From the NCBI RefSeq assembly GCF_018350175.1, contig NC_058368.1, positions 95,606,001-95,670,000 on the forward strand: a stretch of 64,000 nt of DNA. The letters run 5' to 3'. Shown here one piece after another: positions 51,039 through 62,721 of the stretch; the stretch's first letter is position 1, and each line of letters begins with the position of its first letter. Both the position numbers and the translations under genes were made by a program. The stretch is from Felis catus. Its lineage: Eukaryota. The notes under the pieces are model-generated. The model was not told the origin of the DNA and did not search any database. It worked only from the letters and a program-made list of their open reading frames with translations.

Positions 51039-51356
51039 AAAAAGGAATTCAGTGGACATTGTAAAAATGAGCCTCCTGCCTGAATTTGGGAGCTACTTGG
51101 CAAACATGTGGTGGAGAGTGTGACACAGGTAAAACAATTCTAGCATAATTTGCTAGCATCTCTACTGTCCAATGATTAGAAACCTTCAAGATACTTCCTA
51201 CTTATATTCTGATGTCCTTTTCACCCTGAACTGTGTTTACGTTTACTCCTTTATCATTGTCTTCGTTTCTTCAGTTTGAACCAAACCAATGTGACTTTAC
51301 TTTTCCTAGTAGATTTATTTTTCTTACTGCTCATGTTGTACCATCTCACAGTTATA

Positions 51357-51810
51357 GAGATGTGCGTTCATTCACTGTGGGGTTACATGTCAATAAACCT
51401 AGTGTGAGTTGAAAGTAATCCTGACTCAAAAATGCATTTAATACACCCAGCCTACTCTACAGCACAGCTTAGCCTCGCCTACCATAAATGTCCTCAGAAG
51501 GCCTGCATTAGCCTACAGTTGGGCAATATAAGCTAACATAAAACTTCCTTTATTATAATGTGTTGAACATCCCAGGCAATTAATTACTGAGAGCGAAAAC
51601 CAAAATGGTGGAAAGCGTATTGGTTGTTGACCCTCGCGACTGCATGGCTGCCGAGAAGATGCCCCTCGATGCTGCTGCCCAGCAAGGGACACAAACAGAT
51701 AGCCTGGGAAAAGATGAAAATGCAAAATTTGAAGTATGTGTCTACTGAATATGTACCATCACGAAGTCAAAAAGTCATAAGTCAAACCAGCATACATTGG
51801 GGACCATCTG
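51357..51810. mobile_element. TcMar-Tigger element (Tigger5b/MER47-like)
   Basis: aaaatgcatttaatacacc...cattagcctacagttgggcaa...ggggaccatctg; TA on both flanks. Confidence 0.85.
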
Positions 51811-51924
51811 TATTTGTATGTTTTCTTTACATCACCTTGCATAGAACTTTGTTTTCACTGATGGTGAAACACTTGTACTAGTTCATAATTTAGGAAACAA
51901 TACATTTTTTGCAGTGAAACGCAA

Positions 51925-52130
51925 AACAATTGCTAAGCCCCTTACTGTGTGCTGGAGATGTACTTGAATTATGATTGCTTCCACTAATCCTCCGACAGAC
52001 CCAGGGGATTTTTATTACGATTATGTCCATTTTACAGATGATAAAACTGAGAAGCAGAGATGCTAATGTGTGTATAGTTGTATAGCTGGAAGATTACAGA
52101 ACTAGGGTTCAGACTCTTGTTCTGTCTCTA
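51925..52130 (-). mobile_element. MIR
   Basis: ccattttacagatgataaaactgag core. Confidence 0.75.
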
Positions 52131-52164
52131 ATGTTGGGCCTGCCCGAGATGGAGGTCCATCACC

Positions 52165-52775
52165 TTTGCCCTGCTCCCTTGATAATCATTCAGACTTCTT
52201 GCTCTAAATATGAATCATGTGGTTCCAAAATTTATTTTCCAGATTTAACCTCTCCTGGAATTCTGACACCGTATATGTACTTGTCTGGTTAATAATCTTT
52301 ACTTGGATATAGAAGTAGACATCTCAAACATAACTAGTCAAAGTAGATGAATTGATTACTAATATCCCATGTCCTGTAATGAACTTCTTTCTGAGTCAAT
52401 ATCACAATCTTCCTCCTAATTGTTCAAATCAAAATTATGGATCTCTTTTCATTCCTGTCTTTTTCACATCCCTCTGTTTAATCAGTCAATAAACACTGTC
52501 AGTTTTACCCCTACAGTATATTCCAAATCCTCTCACCTTTCTCCATATTTAGTATTGACACCATAGTCCAAGTTTCCATTGTAATTTACCTGGTCTACAG
52601 CAGGAGGCTTCACATAGGTCTCCCTGATTCCATTACTGCCCCTATGCGGTCCACTGGCAACCCAGCAGTTACAGTGATGCTTCTAGAATGAAAATTACTT
52701 TATAAAATAAATCTGCAGTAGATTCCCATAACACTTAGGATAAAATAAAAACTCCTTTTTCATTACCTTTTTGTC
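52165..52775 (+). mobile_element. L2 fragment
   Basis: tttacttggatat...gacatctcaaacataac; ggtctccctgattcc; taggataaaataaaaactcc. Confidence 0.6.
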
Positions 52776-53561
52776 TGAGTGATACTTGTTATCAAACTAA
52801 GGCTTGAGTGACCTTCAGGGAACCATACAGTGTAAAAGTAGGCACCCTGTTACTTGAAGATTACTACTACTCCTGATAATTTTTCTTACACATGTAGTTA
52901 TTTTATTTTATGCGAGAATAGGGGTTCCATGAGTCAAGTGCCTTGCCCGTCTTAATTATATCTGTACTCAAAGGTACTTGGTGAATGTTAGTCACAATCA
53001 AACGCATCCAAACAGGAAAATTTCATGCCATCACACTCGAACAGGCACCATTTGGCCAACATGCCCTATTGGACACTGCACGCATCTTTGCACATTTTCT
53101 TTGAATTACACTTCTAGATGTGGAATTCAGTCAAAAGGTACTCACACTTAACTTCTGATAGGCTTTGAATAATTGGCTCTTAGAGACTTACTGCTTACCA
53201 AGAGTGAATGAGAATTCCCATTCCACTGTTCTCTCATCAACCGTGGGAGTTGTTAATTTTTTTTCAATTTTGCTGATCTGAAAGGTGAAAAATGGTATTT
53301 CATTATGGTTTGAGTTTGTGATTACTTCATTAGCAGTTAAATTGAACATCATTCTGAAATTTAAATGCCATTAACGTTTCTTCTTTTATGGATTCTCTGT
53401 TAAATTATGGTGCCTATTCTTGTGTGTGAGCCTGTGGGTACGGGTGCATTTTTTTTCTCACTATTGATAAGCGAGAGGCCTTACAGGTATTGCAAATAAT
53501 TTCAGCCACATTTTTAATTTATTATTTTCTTTTTAAAAATTTATTATTTTCAGCCACTTTT

Positions 53562-53765
53562 TTGTAAAGTCTATTTATTTTGAGAGAGAGACAGACAGAC
53601 AGACAGACAGAGAGAGTGAAAGAGAGGGAGAGAGAAAATCCTAAGCAGGTTCCACACTGTCAGTGCAGAGCCCGATGAAGGGCTTGAACCTATCAACCAT
53701 GAGATCATGACCTGAGCAGAAACCAAGAGTTGGATGCTTAATTGGTGGAGACACCCAGGTGCCCC
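53562..53765 (-). mobile_element. Carnivore SINE (short type)
   Basis: Perfect 17-bp TSD tattttcagccactttt at 53545-53561 and 53766-53782. Confidence 0.95.
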
Positions 53766-54189
53766 TATTTTCAGCCACTTTTCATTTTTATTTAATTTTT
53801 ATTAACTACTGTTTGTGTGCTCTATAGAAGTTGACATTTTTATCTGGTATTATTTACAGTTTTCTTTGGTGACTTTCTTCATTGTTAGCTCTAGAAAGCA
53901 TTTTCCCTTCCTGATACTTTAAACACATTAACTAATGTTTTGCTGTATTTTTTTTTTTAAAGCTTCAGTCTTCATGTTTAAAGTTTTATTTCTCTGTCAT
54001 TCATTTCAGTATCGAAATAAGGTAGAGAATTACCTTCTTTTTTTTTTAACTTCTAAAAATAGCATTTTTTCTAGTATAACTTTTCTTCCTACCATCCTTA
54101 ACTGACCACTTCTCACAATTTTTTTTCCACATTCTGTATTCCCATACATACCTGGATCCATTGGCTGATTCTCTATTTCAATACATTCT

Positions 54190-54425
54190 AAAGAGTGTTC
54201 TTGGGAAGACAATTTTAGGAATTCTCTTGGGAATGATTTCATGGTCACATAAGTCTGAGAAGCTTAAGATTGTGTAAGTTTAGACAGATTTCTATAGAAT
54301 GGTACTTTCGGATTCTTTAATATGCTAAAATAGATGATAAGTCTCTAAGGGGTAGACACAAAGAACGAAGTTTCCATTTTTGATAATGAGTATTTGTCCA
54401 TGGAAATACTTTTGGGAAGCATTTC
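54190..54425. mobile_element. Possible hAT-Charlie MER (MER112-like)
   Basis: ggtcacataagtctgagaa...ttctttaatatgcta...ccatggaaatacttttgggaagc. Confidence 0.4.
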
Positions 54426-54462
54426 AGTTGTGCATACTTTGGCAAACCTGATCCATTCTTTT

Positions 54463-54663
54463 TGTTAGTATTATTTTGTAAAGTTTATTTATTTTGAGAG
54501 AAAGAGAGCAAGCAGGGGAGAGGCACAGGGAGAATCCCAAGCAGGCTCTGCACTGTCAGCACAGAGCCCTATGCGGGGCTCGAACTCACAAACTGTGAGA
54601 TCATGACCTGAGCTAGAGTCAACAGTCAGACGCTTATCTGTCTGATATACCCAGGCACCCCCC
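54463..54663 (-). mobile_element. Carnivore SINE (short type)
   Basis: gagatcatgacctgagct...cccaggcacccc; TSD core atccatt. Confidence 0.92.
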
Positions 54664-55489
54664 AATCCATTTATTTTTAGTGATCTGTCTATGCATTGGC
54701 TAGTGCCACAATCTTTTAATGCATGTACCTTTATAATCTGTTTTATCATTTGGTAAGCCATGTCCTTGCTTGTTAGTGTCCTTTTTCGGAATCAAAGAGA
54801 TTTCCCAGTTTGCACATGTCTCCCCCAACAGACATTTTACTTCATTCAGTCGCAAGGGGAAAATAAGTCATGAAATTTCCGGTGCTTCCGCAGGACAGAA
54901 GTTGGCTGAGGTTTATTTTTTTTCTTTTCTTTCCTCATCTTTTCATTTCCTTCCCTTTGTTTAAGTTAAGAGAAAGCAAGATCTTGGATAACACTAAGGT
55001 TTTTCAAAGGCTAAGACTAATGTGAGGTTAGTTGAGATAATTCTCATTAAGAGGAAACAGAAAACCCCTGAGATGAGACGGAGCAGCTAATCAATAAGAG
55101 ACAAGCAGAGTAGGACAATTGGACAGTCACAGTGCTGAACGTTGAGAAGGAGCTAGGAGGCTTCAGGACTGAATAATAAGAAAGCGTTAGCAATAACGGA
55201 GGCATATGTCAGAAAGTGTATCTTACTCGTTCATTTTCCATGTTGTTCTAAAATAACCTTTAAAACCGTAATAAAATTTAAATTTTTTAAAGAAATTAAA
55301 ATCTTGCTGTAGGGGAACCGTTGAAACTTGATGCTGAGATGAGACAGAGAGACGTAAAACACTGCTATCTGTTAGCTTAGGAAGAAGATGTACCCTCAAT
55401 TTAAAACTTTAGTTTATACACTGTACAGCAGTGAGAGGATTAAGGCACCTGAGGCGGATTTGCTATAAGGGAATAACCCCTGAACTTCA

Positions 55490-55582
55490 ATCCAGAAAAT
55501 GTGGCTCTGAGCCCTGATCTGTCGCCAGTTGTGTGACTTTGCACAAAGTGCTTAGGCTCTCAGGTCTTCCTATTTGTAAGGC
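55490..55582 (+). mobile_element. MIR fragment
   Basis: gttgtgtgactttgcacaaagtgcttaggctctcagg. Confidence 0.45.
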
Positions 55583-56022
55583 TGTTATGTCCTGGAGCTT
55601 GATCTTAAGACGTAGCTGACTGTGGGCGTCTCCTCCACCTCCACACTGGATGACCTCACGGTTATGGTAACTTGCATTCGGTCATGGTGGGAGTTTGTAC
55701 ACCATGGCACGTGACGCATCCGGCAAATCAAGGTGGTCTTGTTGTTATTGTTGTCCTGGCTGTTTTCAGGGAGGCTGTGTGAGCATTGCTGTGTGTCATC
55801 CATACCAGTTCTTAAAGTTGTTGGAACGCCAAAATGATTTAATAAATATGGAAGCACTTTGCTAATTAATAACCTCAGCCAGCTGAAAGCATACATGTCA
55901 CTGTATCTCTGAATACCTCGTTGGAGACAAAAACTAAAAAAACGCTGTTGATTTCTAAAGAGAACAAATGTTAGACTCCACAAGTGTCAGTCATTCATCT
56001 ATGGCTAATTTTGGAAATACTT

Positions 56023-56239
56023 AAAGTATTTTCCTAGAGTGGGTATTTTGAGAGAGAGAGTGAGAGAGAGAGGGAAAGGAAGAACACGAGTGGGGAGGGG
56101 CAGGAGAGAGAATTCCAGGCAGGCTTTGCACTCTTAGCACAGAGCCCATTGCAAGGCTCCATCTCAGGACCTTGAGATCATGACCTGAGCCAAAATCAAG
56201 AGTCAGACCCTTACCTGACTGAGCCACCCAGGTGCCTCC
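56023..56239 (-). mobile_element. Carnivore SINE (short type)
   Basis: gagatcatgacctgagccaaaatcaagagtcag...gagccacccaggtgcc. Confidence 0.92.
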
Positions 56240-57329
56240 TGAAAGCCTTGCTTCTATCATCTAAACATCTTTGAGTCATATTCCCAACTACTTTTTGACT
56301 TTGAACACCCTAGATACATTAATAGAAAATGAAGTGACCACTTCAGTCAGAGATACAAATGCTTTCTGGTATAGTGGAAAGAGCATGAAATGTGGTCAGG
56401 AGAGTGGTGTTCTAGTCCTTACCAGAGCCTTGGTAAGAGGGTGGGGAAGATAAGTAGCCATGAGGGGAGTCTTATCTCCACTTCACACAGAGTCCTATCT
56501 CTAGCGATGGTATACAAAATATTTTCCTCCCCTTCTCTTCGCAGCCCCCCCTCCAAACCAGTCCATTGGCATACCACTTTTCAAGATTCTAGAACACACC
56601 TTGTGTGGGCTGAGTGTTGGGGGTTCTCTGCTTATGTAGATAGAATTAATGATAAGTTTGACAAATATGTAAGAAAATCAGAAAAGAAATTTGTGAGAAA
56701 GTTTTACCCTGAAGGGTAGAAGCTGATACAAAATCAGCTGGCTTGATAGCCAGTCAACATACTGATTGTATTGATCAAATTTGACTATAATAAGATTGTT
56801 TCCAGAAAGTTCTTTCTTGAGTTATTCATTGGGGATTTGCTCTAACCTTACTATTTTTGGATAGCATTTAAAATTAGTTTTTTATTTTTATTTCATTTCC
56901 TAAAACAAGAAAACTGATACATGTCATAAAAATTTTACTTAAATATGCCTGATAATGAAAATATTTTCAGTATATAGAGAGGAGAACTTTAGTCTGACTA
57001 TATTTTCTGCTTAAGTCTTTTTCATTGCCCTCTACTGGCATTTTATTGGTTGACTGTATTTTAGATGGGTTAGATGGGTTTTTCAAGAATTGACCTTTTA
57101 TTAACATCGTAAGATTCTTCAAAATATTGCTAGAATCAAAATTCTTAACAACACATAACAAAAGTAAAGTTTCTTTGCCTCCTTCAATAGGTCTTTGTTA
57201 ATTTTTTTTTTAATTTGATCTTGTGGCAAACTATTGTTTTGGTGTCAGCAAAAGCCTTTAGTCGTGTGACCACTAATGATACAGGGAGAACCCAGAAAGG
57301 CCAGTTTCAACTGGCCAGTAGCTGGACGT

Positions 57330-57558
57330 GGGACACCTGCGTGATTCAGTCGGTTGAATGCCCAACTCTTGGTTTTGGCTCGGGTCATGATCTCAGAGTC
57401 GTGGGAGCAAGCCCCATGTCAACTGCCTCACTGAGCATGGAGACTACTCAGGGATCTCATTCTCTTACTCTCCCTCTTCCCCACTGCCCCTCTTCCCCAC
57501 CCATGCTCTCACTCTCTTTCTCTCTAAATTAACAAAAGAAAAAGAAAAACAAAAAAAA
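57330..57558 (+). mobile_element. Carnivore SINE (older type)
   Basis: gggacacctgcgtgattcagtcggttg...ggtcatgatctcag; A-rich tail; degenerate TSD. Confidence 0.9.
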
Positions 57559-57746
57559 AGTGATTGGACTTGTGTTGTCAGCAAAAATGCAACTGCTGAT
57601 GATATTGACAAATTGCTAATGAATCAGGTGACAGTATGAAGATTACACACTTCATTCCCTTAACTGGATGAAATACCACAGTGTTCTTAATATTGAGCAC
57701 AAATAAAGTTTAGGTTGATGTTGCATTGAATAAAGAGCTAAGTTTT

Positions 57747-57962
57747 GGAGGCCCCTGGGTGGCTCAGTCTACTGAACATGATTTGGGCTCAGGTCCTGAT
57801 CTTATGGTTCATTGGTTTGAGCGCTGCATCGGGCTCTGCTGACAGCTCAGAGCCTGGACCCTGCTTCGGATTCTGTGTCTCCCTCTGTCTCTGCACCTCG
57901 CCTGCTCACACTTGGTCTCTTTCTCTCTCAAAGATGAATAAACACTTAATTTTTTTTTTTTT
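57747..57962 (+). mobile_element. SINEC_Fc
   Basis: TSD aagagc(t/c)aagt(t/g)tt. Confidence 0.94.
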
Positions 57963-58472
57963 AAGAGCCAAGTGTTAACCTAACAGAGGGATTTTTGTGA
58001 AAATCAGACTCCATTTAGGGAGCCTTAGGCTTGGAAGTAAATTTTTGCTTTCCTAAAATTTTACCCTATTAGGCTAATTTAATTTGATAGTTAAAATCCG
58101 TGTTATTTTACTGTAGTAATTAAAGTGTTACAACAATAAGAAAAATCCAATTATCCCTTTATTTTGATAGCCCTGTTACAATACTCAGAACACACTCTCT
58201 CAGGAAGTGGAAATAGCGGATATCCACCAGAAGGGCTGGTTTCCCTAACACTGCTGGTCAACTAGGTTTTAATGTTGTGTCTGTATCCTGCTCCTGGAGG
58301 AATACGAAATTGCAACTTCTCACCTAATTGGTGTACCATCAAGAAAAATTTTGAGGACAGTCTTGCTGTTTTGTTCAGCAGCAAAATGGGAGGGATTTTA
58401 GTGGGCGAGATGATGAATTTCACTTTATATCTTTCCATATCCCCTGATCTTTTTAGTTAGATTCTCATTTTA

Positions 58473-58685
58473 GGGACACCTGGGTGACTTAGTCGGTTAA
58501 GCATCCAACTCTTAATTTTAGCTCAGGTCATGATCCCATGGTTCATGAGGTTGAGCCCTGCATTGGGTTCTGCACTGACAGTGTGAAACCTGCTTGGGAT
58601 TCTCTGTCTCCCTCCCTCTCTGTTCCTCCCTCACTCTCTTCCTCCCTTTCTCCCTCTCTCAAAATCAATAAACATTTTTTTTTAA
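58473..58685 (+). mobile_element. Carnivore SINE (short type)
   Basis: TSD ag(a/g)ttctcatttta. Confidence 0.94.
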
Positions 58686-58847
58686 AGGTTCTCATTTTAG
58701 CCATTCTTTGTTCATTCCCAGTTGAAAGCTTATTGTCTTGCTTCTCCTTTATTGGTAATGTCTCTGCTGGTGCTTTCTACATTGCTACATCCTACTCACT
58801 TTTTCAAAGGTTTCTGTTTTAAACTTCTTCCTTTAAATCTAGTACTT

Positions 58848-59030
58848 GATTCATTCATTCACCATTTGCCATCTACTTATGAACTATATATCATGTATTG
58901 GGCACTATCGTAGGGTCCTGGGAACCTGATAGTAAATGACTAGAGTTGTTCTATATTCTTGTTTCTGTGGAGAAATAAATGAGTAAACAAGTCAGGAAAA
59001 TTATTATGGCTTATGACAAGGGCTGTGAAA
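58848..59030 (-). mobile_element. L2 3' end
   Basis: ttcattcattca terminal repeat, then gggcactatcgtaggg. Confidence 0.6.
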
Positions 59031-59079
59031 GGAGGACATCAGCAGAATAATAGATGATAAGCCAGTGGGGGATTGTTTT

Positions 59080-59205
59080 TGTTCTCCATTTTATACACAA
59101 AGGCATGAGAGCAGAGAATAGTTAACCACATGTTAATGGCCCCTGGCCAGCTGAGATTAGCCAGCTATTAAAGTCTGAAGGCCACATGTGTCCCTCTACT
59201 GTAGG
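59080..59205 (-). mobile_element. MIR fragment
   Basis: ctccattttatac...gagaatagttaacc. Confidence 0.4.
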
Positions 59206-59287
59206 CTGAGGCCAAAGAGAATTCAGTGACTATTTACTCGTGTGGCAACTGAATTCTGATGTAAGGAGTTTGGCTAAGTCAATTTTT

Positions 59288-59477
59288 ATTATTTTTAAAG
59301 TTTATTTCTTATTTATTTATTTAGAGAGAGAGAGAGCAACTGGGGGGAGGGACAGAGAAAGAGAGAAAAAGTCCCCAGAAGGCTCTCCACTGATAGTGGG
59401 ACTCAAACCCACAAACTGCAAGATTATGACCTGAACAGAAGTCGGATGCCTTACTAACTAAGCCACCCAGGTGCCCT
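59288..59477 (-). mobile_element. Carnivore SINE
   Basis: Ends agccacccaggtgccc; TSD ggctaa(gt/ac)caattttt. Confidence 0.92.
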
Positions 59478-59654
59478 GGGCTAAACCAATTTTTAAAACC
59501 TTCTTCTTATAATTTAGAATAACCATCATCTGCATCATTAGCTCACAGAGAACAATGTAACAATAAAACAGCAGAGACCAGATAGAAGCATGTGAGGGCT
59601 TGACACATAGCAAGCAGGCCTTCACAAAACAATGGCAAAAGGACTGATGATTCT

Positions 59655-59859
59655 TTTTTTTTAAATGTTTATTTTTGAGACAGAGACAGAGTGTGAGCAG
59701 GGGAGGGGCAGAGACAGAGAGGGAGACACAGAATTTGAAGCAGGCTCCAGGACCGAGCTGTCAGCACAGAGCCCAACGCGGAGCTCGAACCCACAAACCA
59801 TGAGATCATGACCTGAGTCAAAGTCGGATGCTCAACTGACTGAGCCACCCAGGCGCCCC
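59655..59859 (-). mobile_element. SINEC_Fc
   Basis: 15-bp TSD aggactgat(g/t)attct at 59640-59654 and 59860-59874. Confidence 0.96.
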
Positions 59860-59874
59860 AGGACTGATTATTCT

Positions 59875-60880
59875 AAAAAGTCTAAAAGGACTACCTGAAA
59901 GGCACTGGGGCAATTACTTATTCATTTGGAAGCAATAAGATTTGACCTTTACCTGACATGATGTGCAAAAGTAAAATCAAAAAGAAGAAATGATAAGAAT
60001 TTGAAAAACATTACTATAAAATTTTTACAGAAAAGAAAGAGACATTTTTAATGATACTTGGTCAGTAAAAAATTCTTAAGTTACAAAAAGCACAAAAGAA
60101 AGAAAAATATTGATGATGGGAGCACATCACTAATTTTCATGAAAAATAAAGCCAGAGGCTGGAGCAAATACTTGTAGAACATACAACTGAACAAAGAGAG
60201 AGAATCCAAAATTGATAAGGAGCATCCAAAAAAGAAAAGTAGAAACAACTCATTGAAATAGCAGTGAAAGGTATGAACAGGCAATTCACAGACGAAAGGA
60301 TCACCAATTCATACATGTAAAGGAATAATAATGAAGGAAAGGTGTATTGGAATCATAGTGAGATGTATTGTGACCCATGAGATTGGCAAAAAATAAGACT
60401 GCTATTACCAACATTTATGAGAACGTAAGGAAATATTAAGCCTCATATTCTATCCAAGCGAGTATGAATTTTGCAATAATTTTAAACAGTCATTTAGTAA
60501 TTTTTTGGTAAAACTGACCAAGCAACAGGATTGCTTTACCAATTCCTATTTTTGGTGTAGACCTAGGAGTAGCTCCTGAAAACAGATTGGAAAAAAAACC
60601 CTGCAGACGGATGTTTTGCAGCATTGTGTGCACTGGCAAAAAAAAGTACAAACAATCTATCAACAGAGCAGTGGATGAATAAATGATGAGTTATTTAGAT
60701 AATGACTAAACAGATGATATATGTCACCGTGGATTAATTTCAAAACAATTTTTAGGGAAAACATGAACTACAATATGATGGTATATATGTAAATAGCAGG
60801 ATGCTATATATGCTTATTAGATACACATATTGGCAGAAAAATGTGAACTAGAAAGTACACATGAACTTGAGGAAGCACTT
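59875..60880 (+). mobile_element. Ancient L1ME-like ORF2 end and 3'UTR
   Basis: A-rich; atgaacaggcaattcacaga; cccatgagattggcaaaaa; caattccta; gcagcattgt; ggatgaataaat. Confidence 0.65.
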
Positions 60881-61065
60881 CTAGAAATGGGGGTTCAGGT
60901 ATACCTGGAAGATGTAGTTCCTTAAAAAATGTAGAGATGATGAAATCGTCATTTGTTGACAAAAGTTACATTTGTTAGAAAAGTAACATTTATCAAATCT
61001 GCATGGTAAATAAATAAGTCTTTTATTTGTCCCACTCATCCGTACTTTAGAAATGTTTTGTAACA

Positions 61066-61284
61066 GGGGCACCTGGGTGGCTCAGTCGGTTAAGCGTCCG
61101 ACTTCGGCTCAGGTCACGATCTCGCGGTCCCTGAGTTCGAGCCCCGCGTCGGGCTCTGGGCTGATGGCTCAGAGCCTGGAGCCTGCTTCCGATTCTGTGT
61201 CTCCCTCTCTCTGTGCCTCTCCCCCGTTCATGCTCTGTCTCTGTCTCAAAAATAAATAAAACGTTAAAAAAAAATTAAAAAAAA
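61066..61284 (+). mobile_element. Very young SINEC_Fc
   Basis: CpGs largely intact; perfect 17-bp TSD agaaatgttttgtaaca at 61049-61065 and 61285-61301. Confidence 0.97.
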
Positions 61285-62507
61285 AGAAATGTTTTGTAAC
61301 AAAAATGATTCATGATTTCTTATTTCCTGATGTCATAGTTTTCTTTAATGTTGCCTTTTCTCCTGTCAGTCAGATGCTAACTGCATCACTAAGTTTTATA
61401 CTTCTTTAAGTTCCACTTACTTTTTTCACTTCATGTATTGTAATGGTGTTATAAATGGAGTTTTTTACTTAAAAGTAAAAAAAAAAAACCTATATATTTT
61501 TGTATATTCACAGCCACTTTTGTTTAGTAAGGAAATGTATAATGGAGTCTTCTTAGAGAATATTGAAGTGGTTATAGACCATAATTAAGATATAGTAGCA
61601 AGGCAACTCCAAAAACTTATGATGAGTATGATTGTTGACCTACAGACGCAAGAGGACACTTGAAGAAAGTCTTCCTTTTCAATACAGAGTTGAAATTTGT
61701 GTAGGTTACAGTGGTGCTCTCTAGCCAAGGCCGTGTTGACAGGACAATGGAATCCATTCCTCTAGATCTGCCTTGCTTACTCCCCATTTATGGTCCGCCT
61801 TCTTCCCACTATGTGCACCATTTTTGAGGTACCCTGATGCTAACCAAGCATAAACTCCTTAGATGTCTTTTAAGACTTCACGCTTCATCCTTCAGCGTTC
61901 ATTTCCTGTTATGTCTTCTAGTTTCCCACACACCGCCAACCTTCGTTACTCCCATGAGCCTTTCCTCGTGCTAATCTGCTTAGGATGCCTTCTGATCTTC
62001 ATGTCTCCTCCTCCTTTGGCCAATTCTCACACTCTTTCAAGACCTGCCCCAGGCCTTGTCTTCTGTATTCATTCCTGAACCCTGCTCTGAGCCTGCCTTC
62101 CATGTTGTCCTTACAGCGGTAGCAAAAACTTAGGGGAGGGTACCAGCCATATATGTTTGAATCAGGTGAGTAGACTCTATAGAAAGTGAAGTTCCTGGTT
62201 TGAGGACAGTATGGGAGGAAAGAATGCTCTGCTTTGATAAATAGCAGAGAGAGCCACAGGACTTGAAGTTGCTCTCTGGATAGATGCAAGGAGTATCTTG
62301 AGTAGCACTTCAGTAGGCAGCCCCCCAAATAGGTAAATAAAAGGAGGACCAGTGTCCACTCCCCATCTCACCTTGTACTTTGGTACCACGCACTTGACGG
62401 AAGCCCAGAGAAAATGGGGCAGGAGACTCACCGTAGACTGATCTGTGCTAGTTGGTGGAAAAGGAACATAAGAATAGAAACTAAGAATTAATAGAGCACT
62501 TTCAAAA

Positions 62508-62721
62508 TTTTTTTTTTAACGTTTTTATTTATTTTTGGGACAGAGAGAGACAGAGCATGAACGGGGGAGGGGCAGAGAGAGAGGGAGACACAGAATCGGA
62601 AACAGGCTCCAGGCTCCGAGCCATCAGCCCAGAGCCTGACGCGGGGCTCGAACTCACGGAGCGCGAGATCGTGACCTGGCTGAAGTCGGACGCTTAACCG
62701 ACTGCGCCACCCAGGCGCCCC
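62508..62721 (-). mobile_element. Very young SINEC_Fc
   Basis: CpGs largely intact; perfect TSD aatagagcactttc(aaaa) at 62490-62507 and 62722-62739. Confidence 0.97.

Larger units (their letters stand above)
53080..54770 (-). mobile_element. Ancient L1ME-like fragments, multiply interrupted
   Basis: ttctagatgtggaatt; gaaaaatggtatttcattatgg; tattgcaaata; very diverged. Confidence 0.5.

Noticed and set aside
57947..58685. + strand SINEs ending in T runs instead of poly(A)
   Set aside because: Felid SINE tails commonly contain an internal A/T block, also seen in other copies here; not an inversion
2130..61259. Many ORFs sharing peptides such as GAWVAQSVKRPTSAQVMISRF, EFEPHVGLCADSSEPGACFGFCVSLS and SLSLSL or ERERER
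   Set aside because: They are translations of SINEC copies and their (CT)n tracts, not a protein family
4106..62721. A recurring ~30-bp sequence (ggggcgcctgggtggctcagtcggtt) suggesting tRNA genes or a CRISPR-like array
   Set aside because: It is the tRNA-derived SINE head, dispersed in both orientations with tails and TSDs; no cloverleaf, regular spacers or cas genes
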